Shown here in pieces: positions 33,401-41,097 of a stretch of 64,000 bases of DNA (its first letter is position 1; every line of letters starts with the position of its first letter). The notes under the pieces are model-generated. The model was not told the DNA's origin and did not search any database. It worked only from the letters and a program-made list of their open reading frames with translations. Location: NCBI GenBank assembly GCA_964057225.1, contig OZ059896.1:12834001-12898000 (forward strand), given 5' to 3'. The stretch is from Auanema rhodensis. Lineage: Eukaryota > Animalia > Nematoda. A program made the position numbers and the translations under genes.

Positions 33401-34102
33401 AGCTTGTTCATAAGTGACGGGGTTTTTAGTTAAAACCGCAATACCCAGTTCCTCTTTTAAACCATTTAAAAATGCCGTTTTCAACATTGGTTCCCGCTCG
33501 GGATCCATTGGTGACATTATGGTGCTTGCCATTCTCTCCAATTCCATACTAAAATCAAGAACAGATTTATCTCCTTGTTGTACTCGATGAATAAGCGCTA
33601 TGGTGAAATTTTTATCTGTTTTAGGCGCTAAAAGCTCAGTGAGCTGATCCATCAAAACAATCCATGGGCCATTAGTTCTTATGCCACTAGGAATACTATT
33701 ATACAAGGAGAGAGCTGTTTCGTTTGATTCCAAAAGAAGAGGTAAAATTAATAGTCTCTCAGGTAAGCTTAGAATCATAAGATTAAAAAATCTATTTAAA
33801 GATTCAACAAAAGAACGAAAGCTACGAGAGCCGTCATACCTGGGACAGAGATAGCAATTTAAAATAGTTGCCATATTTCTAGAGGGTGGAGCAACATTAG
33901 AATTAGGAGATGGAGAGGTAGGAGTCATTTTTCTTTCAAAAGCTTTAGTTATAGCAGCGGCCCACCGACTTGGTGATCTATTTCGTACTGTAGTAGGTGC
34001 CCGAGGTGTTTCCTCAGTGATGGCCTTTCTGCTTTTACTTCTCGTTCTAATTGTTAGAGAAGAAGAGTGAGAAGAAGAAGAGGAATCACCTTCTTCTCTC
34101 AA
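30497..34102 (-). CDS. gag-env: Gag fused through an internal signal peptide to a class III (herpes gB/chuvirus G-like) envelope ectodomain
   Basis: Gag: CPRYDG, QGDKSVLDFSMELERMA, AFLNGL. Signal VTLCLTLLALSCLSFGSA. Cys-rich ectodomain with furin-like RRRNKR and RLKR, and IC..WQAILRIHPT.GVRA.L.RDDIVARFVG..C..CY..TPV. The true start codon is uncertain (frame open from 34249, first ATG near 33929). Confidence 0.82.
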   Translation of the reverse strand: MREEGDSSSSSHSSSLTIRTRSKSRKAITEETPRAPTTVRNRSPSRWAAAITKAFERKMTPTSPSPNSNVAPPSRNMATILNCYLCPRYDGSRSFRSFVESLNRFFNLMILSLPERLLILPLLLESNETALSLYNSIPSGIRTNGPWIVLMDQLTELLAPKTDKNFTIALIHRVQQGDKSVLDFSMELERMASTIMSPMDPEREPMLKTAFLNGLKEELGIAVLTKNPVTYEQAKKLARFEEDVRNSFMKRNEDTSTLKELINALQHKLSFSEQRERSRNNNNNKNYKNYKKNNNWTQHNNGSNDYERERERPSAVRYNNNNSQNGNMNRRPNPGNRPFANGRNANSSSWNPRPSSPRRQRPSANGNGNSRVYNVATPFMPPVTLCLTLLALSCLSFGSAKYQICAQSEGGILVTPPVVTGCHKAEIEKAHSVEVEIYLPKAEIESWEAWKCYVKKYKSCVRDFMFLRDRNTTFSHFETVDKKDCVRAHRNRMWNDKIMNAKLHSVFETPLNEHNPTRSWSTEECVEIEQFVLKRGIITRLKEDHIVSDLFINTDNCKGNEGFCATGEGAVIWQPPIPSVVCHYQKLGPFSAMLGDHILLVHSIESAFVLQNHSTSAHVQSCFEFAVFESSSEAIIRFTAYPRVYNLLDLSNTLLNADRRRNKRNVLPQKHRSFSDDYLFVNAKSQPYAFPFLRPTFIFGSASITKFYAKYMRYAATSSYESLLQFAIDNPLFIDTIVSLGLTKDHITNWAKSNNFKDPNLLILQCMGIEEIKLATRQMISMKLDDLITQVARRIEVPRLKRSLMKSTTSIEDFFRGMAHAVVYQATILDGTQTVPSIEQLVRALYPSILPRSGNMNQSEIIATAQGMLFMIQQQLGKEQISCDMQVSRQQKADATVGNNQEQDLAIISKLPDYHNLYTKNSTAYYGFPPQSIEYPQENPKFNKTVVLEFISWVKTQITTDKNMVQHTTVTPITATKTTIRSLTTPTPNAYERGRELYVAEVYDNVLHKSEHKTKTIIDNKLNYGFEKARLSIIDEFHQQFHIICKSQMETVKSWQAILRIHPTIGVRAMLQRDDIVARFVGRNVLKITTCQEIEPHFIYRNHSYNDKCYAETPVLTHDKQLFFAPIDSYDLSTEGHEINCEHKETEIWYENGTWRDYKGDTHKVDSIHSESKLRLTGRNLFENSTEKSLALSIGLTYGYS

Positions 34103-35240
34103 AAATTCAAAAGGAGAGAGGTAGGTGGATGGAGTATTTAAGTTTTTAGAATTAAATTCAAAAACTTGGCGTACCTCTGGTGATCCTTGTTCCTGATCTT
34201 TGCTTTCCTCGCTGATGTCCGAGTCCGACAGGGTGGCTGGTGAATAAAGTTAGATGAATATAAGAGCGCGTACTGGAAGCAACTAGACTCCAGTAAAAAC
34301 GTTTGTGACAATGGCGTCTGATGAAGGAGGATCGTTGAAGCTTCAAGCTCCGCCTCCAGCCATGTGTCACGACACCAGATGTTAGCGCTTATGGTAAACA
34401 ACCATTGACCGTCTGTCGTGATATTTGAATATTATAATCACTAATGTCAGCTTAGAGACAAATAAGGAATCACAGATGGTGCCTTAAGCCTGTTTGAAAA
34501 CTTTTGAATTTTAACAGCTGGTATTGACTACACATGCCGAACAGCTGGTACGCGTGGGCCAACTATTTGAATGTGAGTAAGCTTAAAGTAAACAAAAATG
34601 TCTCATCTCGTATATTAAGTTCAATTTTATAAAGTTTATTAAGATTTGTAGAAATAATTTCAAAATAAATCTTAATTAAGATAATTTTTAATTTAATTTC
34701 AAAAGATTGAGAAGGTAATTTAAGATTGATATAGGAATTTAAATTTGGTAATCTGTCAATAATATAGGAAAAAGGAAACGTTGGCAGACGTAGAGTGGAC
34801 TTGGGTGGGTAGGAATTTAAATATTCTTATTATCTCTGAACTAATAAGAAAAGAGTTAACAGGAGTCGAACCCTGATGAACCCTTGGATGTGAATCAAAA
34901 TCAAAAAGTCGTAAATTAAATTATCCCAACAGCCTCCAGCTTCCAAACAACTCAGCTAAAAAGTGAGCTCTGTTGCCACACTGGACATTCACATCATAAA
35001 GTAATGAATCAAAATAGCACGCGTGCATAACAAAAAGGTAACGCTCGTCAAAACTATTGTCTGATAGTTTCCCCAAACGTCTCAGACACCTCCCAGTTTT
35101 CGTTGAGCGGAGGAGAAGTGGTAGCCAAAATAATTTTTGGGGAAATCATGGTGCACGGCTCGGTTACTCCTCACTGTTGGGCAATTAAGTCCAAAAGTCT
35201 CGTAAACTTGCTGTCAATAAATTAACAGTAAAGTGAGCAA

Positions 35241-35253
35241 GGTGGAACCTCCA
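35241..35253 (-). promoter_or_regulatory. primer binding site, tRNA-Gln (TGGAGGTTCCACC)
   Basis: Abuts the 5' LTR. Confidence 0.88.
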
Positions 35254-35634
35254 CGTTACATATCGTTTCTTCCCGTCTTTTCATGGTCGGAAGATATATG
35301 TACTTCTACCTTGTTCCTTAGGTAGGCAGACCCGAACGCCCTGATTTCCTTATTAAGACAAATACTTAAAGAGAAAAGGATTCATTATCAGATAACAAGA
35401 AAATACAATATAAGAATTACATTAAGAAAGAATATAAAGATATATAATAAAGTATTAAATAGAGTATATATATAGATGATATAGAGATGAGACTCACATG
35501 ACTATAAGACAACCTATCTGGGTTAGACCAGAAGCAAGAGTGCCATGTGTGTCCCATGTTGTAGGCGGGGCTTGTTCAGGCTCCCGCTATTTGAATAGCG
35601 CGCACATGTTCACCATGTGCTAGCAGATGTGACA
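35254..35634 (-). repeat. 5' LTR of element B (381 bp)
   Basis: TGTCACA...TGTAACG; direct repeat of 25762-26142. Confidence 0.97.
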
Positions 35635-35856
35635 AGGCAAGTGTAGAATAAATTTTCTATTGGAAAAACGTAGTGTATAAGATAAATCTTTTTGAACATT
35701 TAATATAGAACAAGGAAAAATGATGTCTGTCAGCCCAATGCAATATCTATTATTGCGTAGCCTTAGTGTTTCAGGTAATCTGGTAAGAAACACTGATGAT
35801 GTATTACTTTTTTCAGAATCAACTGATGATGGAAGAGTAATGTAAAAATCGTCCAT
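35635..35856 (-). pseudogene. mCP: Maverick minor capsid protein, N-terminal part
   Basis: MDDFYITLPS..NTSS.F.TRLP..L..YCIGLTDIIFP, the typical Polinton penton start. Confidence 0.88.
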
Positions 35857-35935
35857 GACAAACCACCACTTGATACGTGTACACTATTGCAAATGAAATC
35901 ATTTGCATTTTAGGTACATTTACGAGTGGTTGATT

Positions 35936-36581
35936 ATGGTTTTCAGCTTCAAACTACCCAGTCAGACAACTGTAATAGGTGCTACCCAATGCGTTAAAAC
36001 AACTCTCATGAAGCACATATGCGAAAATACTGAAAAGTTTTTCAACGTCCCCATTGAGAATATTCTGGTTCAGTCAATGTGGGTCATCGTCAGGTGTACC
36101 AATAAATGATGAGCGTTTAATAATTATTCAAGGGCCTCCTGATCCTGATTTGATAAAAGAACAAAAGGGAGTAAATACTATACTAGTGCTGGATGATTTG
36201 ATGAACTTTTTTTCATCGAATAAAGCAGCAAAGGAATTACTCAACAACATTTTTACAGTGTGGGCACATCACTGGAATTTGGCAGTGTTTAATCTTGTGC
36301 AAACGGCATTTCAACTGGACAGGACCAGTCGAATCAATAGTATATATATAATACTGATGAAAAGTCATTCAGATATATTACAAATACGTAATTGTCTGCA
36401 GCAATTATTTGGGCCACGTTTCAAAAATGCTCTAGAAGCGTATGATGATGCAATGTCTACTCCCTATAGTCATTTACTGATTGACAATCATCCTTTAACA
36501 AGTGAGAAGCAGCGTATACTATCTGATATAACAGCGGAGAACCCTATTGTTTATGTTGCCAGAAATGTGTTTAGTGTTTAA
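35936..36581 (+). pseudogene. ATP: Maverick A32-like packaging ATPase (frameshift near 36064)
   Basis: Degenerate Walker A GATQCVKTT, Walker B ILVLDDLM, HHWN..NLVQ, SRINS.YI, PYSHLLID.HP. Confidence 0.9.
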
Positions 36582-36593
36582 AGTGCTTGTTCA

Positions 36594-36902
36594 ATGAGTG
36601 GTCGTATTTTGTCAAATTTCAACTTTTTGTCTTCTTGCGCCAAAACTCCTTGTTCTGTTTCCTCATTTTCTTTTGCACAAATTGAAATTATTGTTGAAAT
36701 TGTATTTAATATTGTGAAAAATAATAATTTTCTTTTAACTAACAAGGAATATAAAACCCTCTTGCCCATATCTTCATTATTACGTCAAATAGCTTTGATA
36801 CGCACACCGGAAAAGGCTAAATCATTATTGGCAACGCTTTCACACAAACAATTGAAAACAATAGTTACATGTGGTATCGCCTATTTTGGTTTTAAATCAT
36901 GA
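36594..36902 (+). CDS. Maverick small hypothetical protein
   Basis: Tightly packed ATG ORF between the ATPase and the next gene; IVEIVFNIVK resembles conserved small Polinton ORFs. Confidence 0.6.
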   Translation: MSGRILSNFNFLSSCAKTPCSVSSFSFAQIEIIVEIVFNIVKNNNFLLTNKEYKTLLPISSLLRQIALIRTPEKAKSLLATLSHKQLKTIVTCGIAYFGFKS

Positions 36903-37615
36903 AGCTCAACCATAAGTATCGACTAATTCCTGTCGACGAGGAAACAATTAATATAGACAAGTTTGATGCAGAGCTCAAGCTTTTACGAGAAAATAGAGCT
37001 ATACCCGACTATAAAAAGGCTGAACTATACGAAGACTTGATTGCTCGTCTCAAAAACTATAGAGAAAGTATAGATGCGCCTATATCAGTACAAGTGGAAA
37101 ATGCTGATCCACCTCTATTGCCAGAATACAAGTTGCCAAGAAAGTATAACAATTTGTGGGAGAGATTTCCAGAGGTGCGCACAAACAAGAGTAATCAACT
37201 TGTGATTAATAATGAGGCTGTACCAAACACGAATATTACAAAAATTTTAGATTTTGTATTGGATAAAACAAAAACGGAGCCCAATGGATTTTCAGTCTTG
37301 TCAAAGTTTTTAGCCAGTAAAGGCGTACCTAGTTCTAACAAGAAACAAACTAGAAGAGAGTCGGCTGACAATGATTCAGTTGACGTTGTAGCTAGAGCTG
37401 AACCGGCTGTTACAGACTTGGACTCTACTATATTACCTAGAACGCCTCGTCATTGTAAAGCTGTTATTCGATATTCACCATCACCGGTTCGTACACTCAA
37501 AAGTAAAAGGTCAAAGACTTTTGATACTGCCGCCGAATCATATTACACACCACGGGAAGGAGACTCACAGAATGGCCAAGGTCGTAAAAGGTTCTACATT
37601 AGATTATGGAAATGA
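36899..37615 (+). CDS. Maverick hypothetical protein (238 aa)
   Basis: KYRLIP start, NQLVINNEAVPNTNI, C-terminal QNGQG protease-site-like motif; overlaps both neighbours. Confidence 0.7.
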   Translation: MKLNHKYRLIPVDEETINIDKFDAELKLLRENRAIPDYKKAELYEDLIARLKNYRESIDAPISVQVENADPPLLPEYKLPRKYNNLWERFPEVRTNKSNQLVINNEAVPNTNITKILDFVLDKTKTEPNGFSVLSKFLASKGVPSSNKKQTRRESADNDSVDVVARAEPAVTDLDSTILPRTPRHCKAVIRYSPSPVRTLKSKRSKTFDTAAESYYTPREGDSQNGQGRKRFYIRLWK

Positions 37616-38639
37616 TATTTTGGCGAGCATTTATTACGATATAAAACACCCAGCTTCATATACATCAGCCAAGAATTTATCATCGCAAGCACGAAAACAT
37701 GGCATTTCAAACGTACAAGTTGATGATTTTTTGCAAGATTCTGAAACTTTTACACGGCATAAACCAACCAGAATGCGTATGCAGACTAAAAAGACTAGAG
37801 GATGTGGTCGATTTCTAACAGTGCAAGCAGATTTGGTTGATATGCAAAAATATAAAAAATTAAACGACGGCTATGCTTACATGTTGACCATGATTGATGT
37901 TTATACACGCATGTTATATGTTAGGCCTTTGAAAACTAAAGGTGGTATAGAGGTTGCTAGTGCATTTGAAAGTTTATTCAAGAATTTTAAACCAATTCAG
38001 TTGATTACTGATAATGGCACAGAGTTTTATAATAGTCATTGTGAAAAACTATTCAAAAAGTTTGCCATACTGCACGGATCTACAAGTTGACCACAAAAGG
38101 CTGCAATGGTGGAGCGAGCAAATAGAACTTTAAAAACACGCATGATTAAATATCTCTATTACAAGAATAATCATCGATGGATTGATATCCTAGATGATTT
38201 GGTTGAAGGAATAAACAAATCTTATAATCGGTCAATTAAAATGCGGCCCATTGATGTTAAAGCAAATATATTCATTGAAGAATATGCATCAGCTGTTAAA
38301 AGCCGCTTTAAAATTGGTGATACTGTTCGCATAAGCAAAAATAGGCGTACTTTTGAAAAAAGCTACGAGTCTGGATATACAATGGAGCTATTCACAATTG
38401 ATGAGGTTGTAACCGGAAACCCAACCGTGTATAAACTTGTAGATTATAATGGTGAACGTATAAAAGGAATATTCTACGAACCTGAACTTGTCTTGGCTAC
38501 TAATAAAAGTAACAAGTACTATATAGAAAAAGTTTTAAAAGAGCGTACTCGAAGCGGTAAACGTCAAGTATTTGTAAAATGGAGTGGATATCCCGACAAC
38601 TTTGATGAATGGATAGATGCAGAAAATTTAAATGTATAA
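37572..38639 (+). pseudogene. INT: Maverick retroviral-like integrase with C-terminal chromodomain (one in-frame TGA at 38088-38090)
   Basis: YYD..HPASY, QADLVDM, IDVYTR, TDNGTEF, VERANRTLK, FKIGDTVRI, IEKVLK..VKWSGYP..FDEWI. Confidence 0.93.
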
Positions 38640-38935
38640 TTTTTCAATGTTATAAACAATTGTAATTATAATAAATGATTTATTTGATATATCGAATAAT
38701 GTAACAATAAAAAACCAGCAAAATACAAACAACAATTCAACCTGCAAAAAAAAAAAATGTAGACTATTCAAATTTTCAAATTCTTACCAGTTGGTTGATC
38801 ATTCGTTCTTAATTGATGAGCCATTGATGGATATTTGCAAGAGCTGGAAAAAAAAATGTTACGGCTGAGAATATAAAAATGCCACATAACAAAACAAGAA
38901 TAAAACGCCAATTGTACTATTTGTGCTTGTTGTAG

Positions 38936-39521
38936 TCAAAATGAAGGATCAAAGCGGATAAACATGTTCAGGTTGAGTGCTTCAGGACTTAGTTCAAAGT
39001 AGAATACATTCTGCTTATAACCAAAAGTCTTTACAGTAGCCTCATCTGCATATATAACAATATAGCCCATATTGTTCAACAATTGCTTGCACGTCATGGT
39101 GTTATAAGAGCGCATCTAAAAAAATTATAAAATTGAAAATAAATGAATATGCAAGCTTACATTAATAGAAAAGTTTTCGGGCTTATAGTGACGAAACTCC
39201 TTCAAAAGACCCAACGCATCATTCCTTCCTCTACACTTTATACAGAGGTTGAAACAGTGATACTCGTCTATAACCTGCAATGATTCCCTACAAGTTTTGC
39301 AGAGACAAATTGGTCTCATTAGTACACTCCTTGGTGGAGTGCTCTCTCTCAGAATCTCCATCTGCTTTATTGGTGAATCTAAATTAAAGATTTAAAAAAT
39401 ACAAGTTAAGGTTCATACCAAAACTTGTGAAATTTGGTGCTGGTGTGGGTGGTCGTGGTATTTCAGGTTCAGGCGATTTGCGCACAACATTTGTCACATC
39501 AGCAAGTACAGCACGCTTCAT
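38936..39521 (-). CDS. predicted 3-exon, 166-aa Maverick accessory protein with D-box, CDK sites and a Cys/His cluster
   Basis: Exons 39521-39419, 39378-39161, 39115-38936; introns of 40 and 45 nt (GTATGA..TTTAG, GTAAGC..TTTTAG) keep the frame open. Confidence 0.7.
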
Positions 39522-40329
39522 TTCCGCTAAAGATCCAACTTTCTAAAATATAAGGCAAACTTGCAGAGAGGAGCAGTCTATGGCGATTGGCAAAGAGTGG
39601 CAGGAGATGGTGAAACGTCGGATTCTCGGATAGTTGGCAGAGCTGAAATGTAAATGTAGCAAAATTGCCAACCTTTTATACAAAGATTTTTGTAAAGTAC
39701 AACCCATTGTGTTACAATCAAGTTTGCTGATGAAATTTTTTTATTAATTAGATTTTACAGCATATTTATGCAGATATACTCATCTCGTCGACAGTTGCCA
39801 GCCGTTGGCGCACTCTGAACCTGTAAACAATCTGCATATTAATTAGTTTTTACATCTCTTTAAACATTATTGTTTACCGTTTGTGCCATAAACAACAGCC
39901 ATCTCTGTAAAACATTTAGGCTTTTTAAACTTTGCTTAATAGCTCATATATTATTCATAGTATACTTTTACACCCATATTGTAGCACAAAAGATATGACT
40001 GCCAACGTTTTATATGTAAAAATATTTCATTCTTGAATATTTAATAATGATTATATTACGAAAGTAAAACTTTTGAAATGTTAAAATGTTTATACTATAT
40101 TTAAACCCCCACAGTGCAGTTATTAGTGTTTATTAATCCTCAATATGCGTGGCAACTGTTTGTTAATCTTATTGTATTTACCTTCAATGTGTGCTCTATT
40201 TAGTTATTGTATTGTTATATTAGTAAAATAAAGTTTAAAACTAATCTTTTATTATAATTTGAAACCTTTACTTGTTAGAATAAATATAATTAATAACAAT
40301 TTGTAATTTCAAAAATTAATAATTTAATG

Positions 40330-40473
40330 TCGTTCTTATCGAATTAACCTTCGATATGTGTTCCATTAAATTTTGGTATTTCATATCGTTCTTATCGAAT
40401 TAACCTTCGATATGTGTTCCATTAAATTTTGGTATTTCATATCGTTCTTATCGAATTAACTTTCGATAAGAAC
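40330..40473. repeat. 56-bp tandem repeat (about 2.5 copies) ending in a 12-bp hairpin
   Basis: TCGTTCTTATCGAATTAAC at 40330, 40386 and 40442; GTTCTTATCGAA-6nt-TTCGATAAGAAC at 40444-40473. Confidence 0.85.
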
Positions 40474-40944
40474 CATTGAATTCCATTGAATTACCCATAA
40501 CAAGTACAGTGAACAAAATTATCTACATGCAAAAATTTTATTGATCTTTAAAAATAAAAACAGTAAAAAAACACAATATTATAGCATAATAAACAAAATA
40601 AGTAAACAAAATAAGTAAACAAACATAATTAATAAATATAATAAATAAATAAAGTAATAAAATTTTAAAACAAATTAATATATTTAAAATTTAAATATAA
40701 TTTATATATATAAAGGTTAAATATAATTTGAATATAATTTATGAATATAAAATTTGAATATAATTTAAATATTTAAAATTTAGATTTTTTTTTTCACTTA
40801 ATATATTTAAAAATTAATTCAAAATATATAATTATATATATACATTTGAAAAAGCATATTTAAACTTGATTTTAAAAAAAAATTTAAATCATGCTAGAAA
40901 TCATGATTTTTAAATTTAAAAAAGGAGAATTCATGAACCATGAT

Positions 40945-41097
40945 CCCAAAATATGATTTTAACAGCTGACGCTCAAAAATATGTTTTTGACAGCTGACGC
41001 GCCCCAAAAGTATGTTTTTAGCAGCTGACGCCCCCAAAAGTATGTTTTTGACAGCTGTTTGGGGGCGTGGTTAGTAAATTTTGCACGGCTCTCTACT
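40945..41097 (-). repeat. Maverick terminal region: four subterminal repeats of about 30 bp and the AGTAGAGAG end
   Basis: AAAA(G)TATG.TTTT..CAGCTG(ACGC) x4, then GGGGGCGTGG, ending CTCTCTACT at 41097. Confidence 0.82.

Larger units (their letters stand above)
25762..35634 (-). mobile_element. full-length Ty3/Gypsy LTR retrotransposon B (9873 bp), gag-env-pol order, 4-bp TSD AGGC
   Basis: Two 381-bp LTRs, TSD at 25758-25761 and 35635-35638, PBS, PPT, PR-RT-RH-IN order. Confidence 0.96.
22543..41097. mobile_element. Maverick/Polinton, right part (pPolB and left TIR not present)
   Basis: Major and minor capsid, adenain-like protease, A32-like ATPase, rve integrase with chromodomain, and terminus 5'-AGTAGAGAG on the minus strand at 41097. 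Confidence 0.95.

Noticed and set aside
34138-35240. Accessory ORFs in the leader of element B (34138-34401, 34158-34370)
   Set aside because: No recognisable motifs and no counterpart in element A; they overlap the upstream extension of the gag frame.
22543-41097. A naturally polymerase-less Maverick
   Set aside because: The left side ends in a deletion junction inside MCP, so the absence of pPolB is uninformative.
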